NCBI GenBank assembly: GCA_036401635.1
Contig: DASWUP010000154.1
Coordinates: forward strand, 1 to 42,932
Origin: Steroidobacteraceae bacterium
GTDB lineage: Bacteria; Pseudomonadota; Gammaproteobacteria; Steroidobacterales; Steroidobacteraceae
Direction: 5' to 3'
Length of the DNA stretch: 42,932 nt
The notes under the pieces: model-generated
Database searches by the model: none
The model's input: the letters and a program-made list of their open reading frames with translations, nothing else
What the model was told of the DNA's origin: nothing
Position numbers and translations under genes: made by a program
Shown here: in pieces, positions 34,222-42,932 of the stretch
How positions within the stretch are numbered: the first letter of the stretch is position 1
Layout: every line of letters begins with the position of its first letter

Positions 34222-36591
34222 ATGAGCAAAACGCGCAGCCGGACCAGCCGAGCGCCTCCGGTGTTGCTCCTCGCACTGTCGCTGCTGGCCTGGGCGCTCG
34301 CGAGCGCCGCATTCGCCGCCGTGGCCGCCCCCGGCGCAGCCGCCTACGCGTCGGTGGATCCTTTCATCGGCACCGGCGGCGAAGGGCACATGTTCCCGGG
34401 CGCGGTGGTGCCGTTCGGCATGATCCAGCTCAGCCCGGACACGCAGATCAGGCCGCACAACCAAGCCTTCGGTTGGGCCGCGGGCTACCGCTACGAAGAC
34501 CACACCATCGTCGGCTTCTCGCACACGCATTTCTCCGGCACCGGGCACTCCGATCTTGGCGATGTGCTGTTGATGCCGATCGCGGGCGCGGTGCGACTCG
34601 AGCGCGGCGCAGTGGACGAACCGGGCAGCGGTTACACCTCGCGTTTCAGGCACGAGCAGGAGATCGCACAACCCGGCTACTACGCCGTCACGCTCGCGGA
34701 CTACAACATCCGCGCCGAACTCACCGCCAGCGCTCGCGTCGGCGTGCACCGCTACAGCTTCCCCAGCGACCGGCCCGCGCATGTGCTCATCGACCTGCGC
34801 ACCAGCATCTACGACTATCCGGGCAAAGTGCTGTGGTCGCGGTTGCGCCTGCGCCCCGACGGCACCGTCACCGGCTTTCGCGAAACGCGCGGCTGGGCGC
34901 CCGGGCGCCAGCTGTATTTCGCCATGCGCTTCTCGCGTGCCATCAGCGCTCATCAGTTCAGCGACACCGAGCAGGGCGTGCTCTACAAGGGCTTTCCACC
35001 GCCGGGCGCGCAGGATCCACGCCAGCGTGCCCAGATCGAAGGGCGAGCGCTCGTCGGTGCGTTCGACTTCGCCGAGCTCGCCGGAGGACAGCTGATCGTG
35101 AAGGTCGCGATATCCCCGGTCAGCGAAGACAACGCGATCGCCAACCTCGAGGCCGAAGTGCCGGGGTGGGATTTCGATGCCGTACGGCGCGATGCCAGGG
35201 CGCAGTGGGCGCGGGCACTCGGCGCGCTCGATGTCGAGGCGCCCGCACCGCTGCGGCGCAGCTTCTACACCGCGCTGTACCACGCGTTCATGGCGCCCAG
35301 CCTGTTCATGGACAGCGATGGGCGTTTCCGCGGCCCCGACAACGCCGTGCATCAGGCCAGGGGATTCACCAACTACTCGACCTTTTCGCTGTGGGATACC
35401 TATCGCGCGCTGCATCCGTTGTTGACCATCGTGCAGAGCGCACAACACAGCAACGACATCGTCCAGTCACTGCTGGCGGCGCAGCGCGCAAGCCCCTACG
35501 GCACGCTGCCGGTGTGGGCGTTCCACGGCCAGGAGACCTGGTGCATGATCGGTTACCACGCGGTAGCGGTGATCGCCGACGCCTATCTGAAAGGCATCCG
35601 CGGCTACGACGCCGACCAGGCACTGCAGGCGATGGTGGCCAGCGCCAGTTACGGTCCGTACGGCGCTCTCGCGCAGTACATGCAGCTCGGCTACGTGCCG
35701 ATCGATGAGGAAGGCGAGGCCGCCTCGAAGACCCTCGAATACGCCTTCGACGACTGGAGCATCGCGCGCATGGCCGAGGCGATGGGCCGCAAGGACATCG
35801 CCGCGCAGTTCAACCGGCGCGCGATGAACTGGCGCAACGCGTTTGATCCGGCCAGCGGTTTCATGCGCGCGCGCAAGCGCGACGGCAGCTTCCGCGTGCC
35901 CTTTGATCCGACGATGAGCGGTTATGGCTCGGACTACACCGAGGGTAACGCCTGGCAGTACTCCTGGTACGTGCCGCAGGACATCGCCGGCCTGGCGCAG
36001 GCGCACGGCGGTGCCGATGAGCTGCTGGCCCGACTCGATCAGGTGTTCGACGCCAAGGTCGATCCGAAGCTCTTCGAGCACATGGAAGACATCACCGGCC
36101 TGATCGGCTGGTACGCGCACGGCAACGAGCCCAGTCACCACCTCGCCTACCTGTACGCCGCCGCCGGCCAGCCCTGGCGTACCCAGGGGCGGCTCGGCCG
36201 GATCATGGCCAGTCAGTACGCACCGCGCCCGGATGGCCTGTCAGGCAACGACGACCTCGGCCAGATGTCAGCGTGGTTTATCTTCACCGCGCTGGGCTTT
36301 TATCCGGTTGCGCCGGCGAGCAACCAATACATCATCGGCCGTCCGTTCCTGCGGCGCGCAACGCTGAACCTGCCCAACGGCAAGCGCTTCAGCATGATCG
36401 CCGCGGGCCTCGACGATGCGCATCCCTACATCGCCGGCGCCACGCTCAACGGCAAGCCGCTGCAGCGTGCCTTCATCCGGCACGAGGAGATCATGGCGGG
36501 CGGTGAATTGCGCTTCACCATGGCTCGCGCACCGAACCGCAACTGGCCCGGCGCGAACGCGCAGCAGCCGTACTCGATGTCGGCGCCTTAA
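34222..36591 (+). CDS. secreted GH92-family alpha-mannosidase
   Basis: 789 aa with a signal peptide (PPVLLLALSLLAWALASAAFA). GH92 signatures DPFIGTGGEGHMFPGAVVPFGMIQLSPDT and HGNEPSHHLAYLY. Confidence 0.9.
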   Translation: MSKTRSRTSRAPPVLLLALSLLAWALASAAFAAVAAPGAAAYASVDPFIGTGGEGHMFPGAVVPFGMIQLSPDTQIRPHNQAFGWAAGYRYEDHTIVGFSHTHFSGTGHSDLGDVLLMPIAGAVRLERGAVDEPGSGYTSRFRHEQEIAQPGYYAVTLADYNIRAELTASARVGVHRYSFPSDRPAHVLIDLRTSIYDYPGKVLWSRLRLRPDGTVTGFRETRGWAPGRQLYFAMRFSRAISAHQFSDTEQGVLYKGFPPPGAQDPRQRAQIEGRALVGAFDFAELAGGQLIVKVAISPVSEDNAIANLEAEVPGWDFDAVRRDARAQWARALGALDVEAPAPLRRSFYTALYHAFMAPSLFMDSDGRFRGPDNAVHQARGFTNYSTFSLWDTYRALHPLLTIVQSAQHSNDIVQSLLAAQRASPYGTLPVWAFHGQETWCMIGYHAVAVIADAYLKGIRGYDADQALQAMVASASYGPYGALAQYMQLGYVPIDEEGEAASKTLEYAFDDWSIARMAEAMGRKDIAAQFNRRAMNWRNAFDPASGFMRARKRDGSFRVPFDPTMSGYGSDYTEGNAWQYSWYVPQDIAGLAQAHGGADELLARLDQVFDAKVDPKLFEHMEDITGLIGWYAHGNEPSHHLAYLYAAAGQPWRTQGRLGRIMASQYAPRPDGLSGNDDLGQMSAWFIFTALGFYPVAPASNQYIIGRPFLRRATLNLPNGKRFSMIAAGLDDAHPYIAGATLNGKPLQRAFIRHEEIMAGGELRFTMARAPNRNWPGANAQQPYSMSAP

Positions 36592-36594
36592 GGC

Positions 36595-38727
36595 TCAGCC
36601 CACCCGGCCGTAGCGCTCCCCCGCGCCGATCCAGCGGGCGGCGAGCCCGGCAACATTCTCCGGATACGATGCCAGCAGCAGCTCGGCCGTCTCCTGCACC
36701 CGCGGCAGCAGGTCCGCGTCGCGCATGAGATCGGCGACGCGCAGCTGCGCGAGTCCGGTCTGACGCGTGCCGAGCAGCTCCCCGGGTCCGCGCAGTTCGA
36801 GGTCGCGGCGCGCGATCTCGAAGCCGTCGCAGCTCTCGCGGACCACCTTGAGACGCTCGCGCGCCAGCGCCGACAGCGGCGCGCGGTACAGCAGCACGCA
36901 GCTGCTCGCCTCCGCGCCGCGCCCGACGCGCCCGCGCAGCTGATGCAACTGCGCTAGCCCCATGCGTTCGGCGTTGTCGATCACCATGAGGGTCGCGTTG
37001 GGCACGTCGACCCCCACTTCGATGACGGTGGTGGCGACCAGCAGCTGGATTCTGCCCGCCTTGAACGCGAGCATCGCCTGATCCTTGGCGGCGGCGGGCA
37101 TGCGCCCGTGCACCAGCCCCACGCGCACTCCCGGAAGCGCCTCGCTGAGCCCGGCGGCGGTCTCTTCCGCGGCCTGCGCGCGCAACTCGTCCGATTCGTC
37201 GATCAGCGGGCAGACCCAGTACACCTGTCGACCAGCGCGGCAGGCCTGTGCGATCCGCGCCACGACCTCGACGCGCCGCTGCTCGGGCACCACGACCGTG
37301 TGCACCGGCGTGCGTCCCGGCGGCAGCTCGTCGATGACGGAGATATCCAGATCGGCGTAGGCGGTCATGGCGAGCGTGCGCGGAATGGGCGTCGCCGTCA
37401 TGATCAGCTGGTGCGGCAGGCGCCCCTGCTTTTGCCCCTTTTCCGCGAGCCTGAGACGCTGCTGCACGCCGAAGCGGTGCTGCTCGTCGACGATGACCAG
37501 CGCCAGGCGCGCAAAATCGATGCCTGCCTGGAACAGCGCGTGCGTGCCGACCACCACGCGGATCTCCCCGGAGGCGATCGCCGCGAGCGCGCTGCGCCGC
37601 GTGCGCGCCGGCAGCCCGCCCGAGACCAGCGCCACCGTCTCGCCGAGCGGTGCAAACCAGTCGCGCAAGCTGCGCCAGTGCTGCTCGGCCAGCAGCTCCG
37701 TGGGCGCCATCAGCGCCGCCTGCAGGCCGCTGCCCGCCGCGCGCGCTGCCGCGGCCGCGGCCACCACGGTCTTGCCGCAGCCGACGTCACCCTGCAGCAG
37801 CCGCACCATCGGCACACTCGCGGCGAGGTCTTCCTGCGCATCGCGCAGCGCGCGCGACTGGGCGCGCGTCAGCGAGAACGGTAGCGCCTCCAGGAACCGG
37901 CGCGTCAGCCCGGCGCCATCCGCGAGCTCCCAGGCGGGGTCGCTCTTGAGCGCGCGCTTTCTGAGCTTGAGCGTCAGGTGATGCGCCAGCAGCTCCTCGA
38001 ATGCGAGGCGCCGCTGCGCCGGGTGGCGGCCGGCGGCGAGCTCGGCGAGCTGCGCCTCGCGCGGCGGGCGGTGCAGGTAGCCGAGCGCTTCCTTCAACGA
38101 GGGCAGGCCCGGCGGCAGCACGGCCTCAGCGGGTAGCCAGTCGCGCAGCGCGGCTCTCTCCAGCTCGCGGAGCGATGCGCCGATGAGCGCTCGCAGGCGC
38201 CCCTGGGGCACGCCTTCGGTGAGCGGATAAATCGGGGTGAGCGTGTCTTCGAGCGCAGCGGTGTCGCCCGCGAGGCGGCGATATTCCGGATGCACCATCT
38301 CGAGACCAAGCGGGCCGCGGCGCACCTCGCCGAAGCAGCGCAGCCGCGTGCCGCGCGCCAGGCCCTGCTGCTGGCTGGCCGAGAAATGGAAGAACCGCAG
38401 GGTCAGCATCCCCGAGCCGTCGGAAATCTTGCACAGCAGCTGGCGCCGGCCGCGGTAGGCGATCTCGGTGAGCTGGATCTCCCCGTCCACCGCCGCCCGG
38501 ACGCCGCTTTGCAGCGAGCCGATGGCCGACACCCGCGTGCGGTCCTCGTAGCGCAACGGCAGCACAAACAGCAGGTCGGAAACGCGCGTCACGCCCAGGC
38601 GCGCGAGGCGCGCGGCGAGCGCTGCGCCCACGCCGTGCAGGGCGGTCACCGGGCGCTGCTCGGCGCGCTCGCCCGGGGAAGGGCCGGCGGCCGGATACTG
38701 CGCGCTCAGCCCAGGTGCAGGACGCAC
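36595..38727 (-). CDS. recG: ATP-dependent DNA helicase RecG
   Basis: 710 aa. Wedge/OB N-terminal region, Walker A GDVGCGKT and DEQHRFG. The start is given as GTG 38727, which overlaps the ridA 3' end by 22 nt. No in-frame ATG is nearby, so the start is uncertain. Confidence 0.88.
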   Translation of the reverse strand: MRPAPGLSAQYPAAGPSPGERAEQRPVTALHGVGAALAARLARLGVTRVSDLLFVLPLRYEDRTRVSAIGSLQSGVRAAVDGEIQLTEIAYRGRRQLLCKISDGSGMLTLRFFHFSASQQQGLARGTRLRCFGEVRRGPLGLEMVHPEYRRLAGDTAALEDTLTPIYPLTEGVPQGRLRALIGASLRELERAALRDWLPAEAVLPPGLPSLKEALGYLHRPPREAQLAELAAGRHPAQRRLAFEELLAHHLTLKLRKRALKSDPAWELADGAGLTRRFLEALPFSLTRAQSRALRDAQEDLAASVPMVRLLQGDVGCGKTVVAAAAAARAAGSGLQAALMAPTELLAEQHWRSLRDWFAPLGETVALVSGGLPARTRRSALAAIASGEIRVVVGTHALFQAGIDFARLALVIVDEQHRFGVQQRLRLAEKGQKQGRLPHQLIMTATPIPRTLAMTAYADLDISVIDELPPGRTPVHTVVVPEQRRVEVVARIAQACRAGRQVYWVCPLIDESDELRAQAAEETAAGLSEALPGVRVGLVHGRMPAAAKDQAMLAFKAGRIQLLVATTVIEVGVDVPNATLMVIDNAERMGLAQLHQLRGRVGRGAEASSCVLLYRAPLSALARERLKVVRESCDGFEIARRDLELRGPGELLGTRQTGLAQLRVADLMRDADLLPRVQETAELLLASYPENVAGLAARWIGAGERYGRVG

Positions 38728-39089
38728 TCGATCTCGACCTGCGCGCCACGGGGCAGCTGTGCGACGCCGACCACCGCGCGCGCCGGGTAGGGCTTAGCAC
38801 AGTAGCTCGCCATGACCTCGTTCACCTTGGCGAAGTGCGCCAGGTCGGTGAGGAACACGTTCATCTTGACCGCCTGCGCCAGCGAGCCGCCGGCGGCTTC
38901 CGCCACGGCCTTGAGGTTTTCGAACACGCGGCGGATCTGCGCTTCGATGTCCCCGCTCACCAGCTGCATGGTGGCCGGGTCGAGCGGCACCTGGCCGGAC
39001 AGGTAGACGGTGTCGCCGGCGCGCACCGCCTGCGAGTAGGTGCCGATCGCCTGCGGGGCGCGGTCGGTGTGAATGATCTGGCGGCTCAT
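38706..39089 (-). CDS. ridA: RidA (YjgF/TdcF) family reactive-intermediate deaminase
   Basis: Track ORF trimmed to the ATG at 39089 ([22 protein letters not shown]...), with a strong ribosome-binding site GAGGAGG at 39106-39100. 127 aa with family-typical sequence throughout. Confidence 0.88.
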   Translation of the reverse strand: MSRQIIHTDRAPQAIGTYSQAVRAGDTVYLSGQVPLDPATMQLVSGDIEAQIRRVFENLKAVAEAAGGSLAQAVKMNVFLTDLAHFAKVNEVMASYCAKPYPARAVVGVAQLPRGAQVEIECVLHLG

Positions 39090-39119
39090 GCTGCTTGGTC
39101 CTCCTCGCTCGTGGGGCAA

Positions 39120-41318
39120 TCATCCGCTGCTGTCGCTGTCGGCTGCGGCCTCGCCGCTGTGCTCTGCGCGCGCATGCGCGGCTATGGTGCGCGTTACGCG
39201 CGTGACGTCGGCCATGCGGCGGATGACACGCACCAGGAGCGCGAGCTGGCGGCGGTCGTGCACCCGCAGCTCGAAAGTCAGCACCGCGGTATCGCTGTCC
39301 TGCTCGTCGATGGACACATGGTCGATATTGGTTTCCGTGCTGGCGATCGCCGCGGCGACTGCCGCCAGCACGCCGGTGCGGTTCACCACGTAGACGCGGA
39401 TCTCGGAAGAGAACAGGCGATCCGGAGCGCTCTGCCAGCTGACCGGCAGCCAGTTCTCCGGATGCTTGCGGTAGTCCTCGACGTTGACGCAATTCTCGCG
39501 GTGGATCACCACCCCGCGCCCCGCCGACAGGAATGCGAGAATCGGGTCGTAGGGAATGGGGAAGCAGCAGCGGGCGTAGCTGACCAGCAGACCCTCGGTG
39601 CCCGCGATCGCCAGCGGTGCAGGTCCACCGGGCGCGGCGGCGGCACTCGGCAGCAGCCGCCGCGCGATCAGCGGAGCCAGGCGCTCGCCCAGGCCGATCT
39701 TCTCGTACAGCTCATCGAGATCCTTCATGCCGAGCTCCCCGAGCGCGGCCGTGAGCACCTCGGGGGCGACATCCTCGAGCGACAGGCTGAATTCCCCGAG
39801 CGCCTGCTCCAGGAGCTTGGAGCCGAGTGCGAGCGCTTCCTTGCGCCGCAGGCCCTTGAGGTAATGGCGCACGGCGCTGCGCGCCTTGGCCGTCACCACG
39901 AAGTTGACCCACGAGGGGTTGGGGGTCGCGCCCTTGGCGGTGATGATCTCGACCGTCTGGCCGTTGCGCAGCACGGTGCGCAGCGGCGTGAGACGCCGGT
40001 CGACCTTGGCGGCCACGCAGCGGTTGCCGATGTCGGTGTGCACCGCGTAGGCGAAATCCACGACCGTGGCGCTGCTCGGCAGGCGCAGGATCTGGCCCTT
40101 GGGCGTGAACACATACACCTTGTCGGGGAACAGGTCGACCTTGACGCTCTCGAGGAATTCCTCGGACGAGCCGGCTTCCTGCAACGACACCAGATTCGAC
40201 AGCCACTCGCGGGTGCGCGCGGTGGAGTCGGCATCCCCGCGGGTCTTGTACTTCCAGTGCGCGGCAATGCCCGCTTCGGCCACGCGGTGCATGTCGGCGG
40301 TGCGGATCTGCACCTCGATCGGCACGCCGTTAGGACCGAACAGGGTGGTGTGCAGCGACTGGTAGCCGTTCACCCGCGGTATCGCGATGTAGTCCTTGAA
40401 GCGCGCCGGCATCGGCTTGAACACCGAGTGCACGGCGCCGAGCGCGCGGTAGCAGGTGTCGGGGGTGTCGACCACGATGCGGATGCCGTAGACGTCTACG
40501 ATTTCGTTGAGCAGGGAGCGCTTGCGGCGCATCTTGCTGTAGATGCTGTACAGGTGCTTCTCGCGCGTCACGACGTGCGCCTGGATGTTGCTTTTCAGCA
40601 GCGCCGCGTTCAGCTGCTGCTCGATCTTCTTGAGGAATTCCTTCTGGTTGCCGCGTGCGCGGCGCAGGGCGCGCTCCAGCACCTGGTAACGGCGCGGATA
40701 CAGTGCCTCGAACCCCAGGTCCTCGAGCTCGAGCTTGATGTTGTAGAGCCCGAGCCGCTCGGCGATCGGCGCATAGATCTCGAGAGTCTCGCGCGCGATC
40801 GCCCGGCGCCGCGCCGGCGCCATGGCCCCGATGGTGCGCATGTTGTGCGTGCGGTCGGCGAGCTTCACCAGGATGACGCGCAGGTCGCGCACCATCGCCA
40901 GCAGCATCTTGCGGAACGACTCCGCCTGCGCCTCCTCGCGGCTCTTGAACTTGATCTGGTCGAGCTTGGTGACGCCGTCGACCAGCTCGGCCACGTCCGC
41001 GCCGAAGCGCGCCGCCAGCTGATCCTTGGGCGTCGGGGTGTCTTCGATTACGTCGTGCAGGATCGCCGCCATGATGGTGTCGGCGTCCAGACGCAGATCC
41101 GCGAGAATGGCCGCGGCCGCTACCGGGTGCGCGATGAACGGCTCGCCCGAGAGGCGCTTTTGCCCCCGGTGCGCCGAGGTGCCGAACTCGGCCGCCTCGC
41201 GGATGCGCGCCACCTGCTCGGGTGGCAGGTAAGTGCCGACGGACGCCAGCAGTTCCTTCAGCCCGGGAGTGCGTCTTCCGCCGGGCAGCAGTCCCAGGAG
41301 CGAAGACGCATAGTCCAT
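39120..41318 (-). CDS. spoT: bifunctional (p)ppGpp synthetase/hydrolase SpoT
   Basis: 732 aa. HD hydrolase motif (HRGQKR..EPFIAHPV...HDVIEDT), followed by RelA/SpoT synthetase, TGS and ACT-like C-terminal regions. Sits downstream of rpoZ as in spo operons. Confidence 0.92.
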   Translation of the reverse strand: MDYASSLLGLLPGGRRTPGLKELLASVGTYLPPEQVARIREAAEFGTSAHRGQKRLSGEPFIAHPVAAAAILADLRLDADTIMAAILHDVIEDTPTPKDQLAARFGADVAELVDGVTKLDQIKFKSREEAQAESFRKMLLAMVRDLRVILVKLADRTHNMRTIGAMAPARRRAIARETLEIYAPIAERLGLYNIKLELEDLGFEALYPRRYQVLERALRRARGNQKEFLKKIEQQLNAALLKSNIQAHVVTREKHLYSIYSKMRRKRSLLNEIVDVYGIRIVVDTPDTCYRALGAVHSVFKPMPARFKDYIAIPRVNGYQSLHTTLFGPNGVPIEVQIRTADMHRVAEAGIAAHWKYKTRGDADSTARTREWLSNLVSLQEAGSSEEFLESVKVDLFPDKVYVFTPKGQILRLPSSATVVDFAYAVHTDIGNRCVAAKVDRRLTPLRTVLRNGQTVEIITAKGATPNPSWVNFVVTAKARSAVRHYLKGLRRKEALALGSKLLEQALGEFSLSLEDVAPEVLTAALGELGMKDLDELYEKIGLGERLAPLIARRLLPSAAAAPGGPAPLAIAGTEGLLVSYARCCFPIPYDPILAFLSAGRGVVIHRENCVNVEDYRKHPENWLPVSWQSAPDRLFSSEIRVYVVNRTGVLAAVAAAIASTETNIDHVSIDEQDSDTAVLTFELRVHDRRQLALLVRVIRRMADVTRVTRTIAAHARAEHSGEAAADSDSSG

Positions 41319-41334
41319 GGGTGAACGCTGGCCG

Positions 41335-41613
41335 TCAGTCTCCGAGGCCGAACTGCGGAGCGCGGAAGCTGGACTGGTTGTCGGCGTCGGGCGCCACGGG
41401 CTCCGGCGCGGGGTCCGGCTCGCTGAGCATTTCCGCGGTCACGTTGCCGGCGGCGATCTCGCGCAGGGCTAGGACCGTCGGCTTGTCGTTCTCCAGGGGC
41501 AGCGTCGGCTCGGCGCCGTTGGCGAGCCGGCGGGCGCGCTGCGCTGCCAGCAGCACCAGCTGGAACAGGTTGTCGACGTTGTGCAGGCAGTCTTCTACGG
41601 TGATGCGGGCCAT
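41335..41613 (-). CDS. rpoZ: DNA-directed RNA polymerase omega subunit
   Basis: Track ORF trimmed to the ATG at 41613 ([30 protein letters not shown]...). 92 aa with the canonical RpoZ N-terminus. Confidence 0.92.
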   Translation of the reverse strand: MARITVEDCLHNVDNLFQLVLLAAQRARRLANGAEPTLPLENDKPTVLALREIAAGNVTAEMLSEPDPAPEPVAPDADNQSSFRAPQFGLGD

Positions 41614-41633
41614 GGGTCCTTTGACGAGTGAGA

Positions 41634-41651
41634 CGCACCGCAACCGGTGCG
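41634..41651 (-). other. 7-bp stem / 4-nt loop hairpin (CGCACCG-CAAC-CGGTGCG on the plus strand) 21 nt upstream of the rpoZ ATG
   Basis: Perfect inverted repeat read from the sequence. It lies between a TATAGT -10-like hexamer (minus strand, 41668-41663) and the rpoZ start. Function unknown. Confidence 0.3.
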
Positions 41652-41759
41652 CAGACCCCGACACTATAAGCCAAGAGCTCCATGTCAGGCCAATGCGGCA
41701 CCACGGCCAAAGAGCCGGCAACCGCGGGCGTTGGCCGCGGCAGAAGTCGCCGAGGTTTT

Positions 41760-42380
41760 CTAAGCTGGCGCCAGCAGTTCAGCGACCAACGCGGCCAGCG
41801 CCGGCCGCGCGCTCGTCAAGTCCTCACCGCCCCCGGCAACGATGCGCCGCAGGTCGCCGAGCGCGGTTGCGAAGTCATCGTTGACGACGACATAGTCGAA
41901 TTCCCGGTAATGGGACATGTCGGTCGCGGCATCGCGCAGGCGCCGCGCGATGATCTGCGCCGAGTCGGTCGCGCGCCGCGTCAGCCGGTCGGCGAGCGCG
42001 CGCCGCGAGGGCGGCAGGATGAAAATGCTCACGCACTGCGGCATGGCGCGCCGCACCTGCTGCGCGCCCTGCCAGTCGATTTCCAGGATCACCTCGTATC
42101 CCTGGCGCAGCTGCTCCTCGACGGGCCCGCGTGCGGTGCCGTAGAAGTTGTCGAACACCTGTGCGTGCTCCAGGAACTCCCCGCGCGCCACCAGTTGTTC
42201 GAATTGCGGCACGGAGACGAAGTGGTATTCGCGCCCCTCTTCCTCGGTAGGGCGCCGCTTGCGCGTGGCGTGCGACACCGACAGGCGCAAGCGCGGCTGG
42301 CTCGCCAGCAGCGCCTTGACCAGAGAGGTCTTGCCGGCACCGGAGGGGGCGGCGATGACGAACAGCTTGCCGGGCTTCAT
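41760..42380 (-). CDS. gmk: guanylate kinase
   Basis: 206 aa. P-loop [10 protein letters not shown] and Gmk-typical sequence. 4-nt ATGA overlap with the rdgB stop. Confidence 0.93.
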   Translation of the reverse strand: MKPGKLFVIAAPSGAGKTSLVKALLASQPRLRLSVSHATRKRRPTEEEGREYHFVSVPQFEQLVARGEFLEHAQVFDNFYGTARGPVEEQLRQGYEVILEIDWQGAQQVRRAMPQCVSIFILPPSRRALADRLTRRATDSAQIIARRLRDAATDMSHYREFDYVVVNDDFATALGDLRRIVAGGGEDLTSARPALAALVAELLAPA

Positions 42381-42932
42381 GGGGCCGAAATATAGCTGGC
42401 CGATTGGAGCATCGCGACGAGCGCGCGCAGCGCCTGGGCGCGGTGGCTGAGGGCGTTCTTTTCCCCGGGGGCGAGCTCGGCGGCGCTGCGCCGCTCGCCG
42501 GCCGGCACGAACACCGGGTCGTAGCCGAAGCCGCCGCGGCCGCGCGGCGCGGTGGCGATGTGCCCTTCCCAGCTGCCGCGCGCGATCAGCGGCTGCGCAT
42601 CAGCGGCGCTGCGCACCAGCACGATGACGCACTGGTAGCGCGCCTGGCGTCGCGCGGGCGCGATGCCCTCGAGCTCCGCGAGCAGGCGCTGCAGATTGGC
42701 GCCCTCGCTCGCGCCCTCGCCCGCAAAGCGCGCCGACCACACGCCCGGGCGCCCGCCGAGCGCCTCGACCTCGAGCCCGGAATCATCCGCGAGCGCCGGC
42801 AGCCGCGCGCACTGCGCGGCGTGGCGCGCCTTGAGCAGCGCGTTCGCGAGGAAGGTGGCGCCGCTCTCGGGCACGGCAGGGATGCCGAGCGCGTCCTGCG
42901 GGACGAGCGTCACGGGCAGCGGCGCGAGCAGC
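42377..42932 (-). CDS. rdgB: dITP/XTP pyrophosphatase (RdgB/HAM1 family), 5' end beyond the right window edge
   Basis: The frame stays open to the window end (...LLAPLPVTLVPQDALGIPAVPESGATFLANALLKARHAA...). Family motifs FGYDPVF and SHR. The first ~15 residues of the protein are missing from the window. Confidence 0.85.
   Translation of the reverse strand, partial: LLAPLPVTLVPQDALGIPAVPESGATFLANALLKARHAAQCARLPALADDSGLEVEALGGRPGVWSARFAGEGASEGANLQRLLAELEGIAPARRQARYQCVIVLVRSAADAQPLIARGSWEGHIATAPRGRGGFGYDPVFVPAGERRSAAELAPGEKNALSHRAQALRALVAMLQSASYISAP

Noticed and set aside
38706-38727. 22-nt overlap between the recG start (GTG 38727) and the ridA 3' end, considered as an unusual gene overlap.
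   Set aside because: The recG start is not determined. There is no in-frame ATG, and a CTG overlaps the ridA stop at 38709-38707. The overlap may be an artefact of taking the longest ORF.
38715-41324. 869-aa plus-strand ORF, the longest in the window.
   Set aside because: It is exactly antisense to spoT, which has clear HD, synthetase and TGS motifs. The translation is Arg/Ala/Gly/His/Asp-rich with no recognisable motif. This is the expected stop-codon-poor antisense frame of a high-GC gene.
1-42932. Scan for CRISPR arrays, tRNA/rRNA/tmRNA genes, insertion sequences, integrases, toxin-antitoxin pairs and known defence-system genes.
   Set aside because: None seen. The largest non-coding gaps are 146 to 191 nt and lack tRNA T-loop motifs or repeat-spacer periodicity. 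No ORF shows transposase, integrase or nuclease-type defence signatures.

Overview
High-GC proteobacterial chromosomal segment (hand-counted samples run from about 54 to 72 % G+C). It is densely packed, mostly minus-strand, and consists almost entirely of core housekeeping genes. Left to right: a partial Yip1-family gene; trkH-trkA-uvrD; an AI-2E transporter. Next is the only accessory-looking stretch: a MauG/CcpA-family di-haem peroxidase, a secreted TPR protein, a TonB-dependent receptor and a TPR-sulfotransferase, with a divergent secreted S9 peptidase. Then a gloB-like hydrolase and a small hypothetical gene. A complete aa3-type cytochrome c oxidase / haem A cluster follows: ctaB, an opposite-strand GST, ctaA, a Sco-like gene, SURF1, an opposite-strand DUF2909-like gene, coxC, ctaG, a 50-aa ORF, coxA, coxB and a frameshifted DUF2244-like gene. 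It abuts the bioB-bioF-bioH-bioC-bioD operon. After that come a divergent dgkA/PAP2 pair, ubiA, a divergent MFS sugar transporter / GH92 alpha-mannosidase pair, and recG-ridA-spoT-rpoZ-gmk-rdgB (the last is partial). I found no rRNA, tRNA, CRISPR array, transposase, integrase or phage genes. The many long alternative-frame and antisense ORFs in the track are ordinary high-GC artefacts. I cannot demonstrate a novel system. The best candidate is the co-directional TPR-sulfotransferase / TonB-dependent receptor / Met-rich TPR protein / MauG-like peroxidase block at 6769-13356. Smaller sequence-level oddities: a 19-nt tandem duplication that creates the S9 peptidase C-terminus, a single-base frameshift in the DUF2244-like gene upstream of coxB, a gene embedded antisense in the cox cluster whose start codon overlaps that of SURF1, a compositionally atypical GST between ctaB and ctaA, and a PAP2 phosphatase with a PSGE variant motif. 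All family assignments come from motif and sequence recognition by eye. No database search was run.
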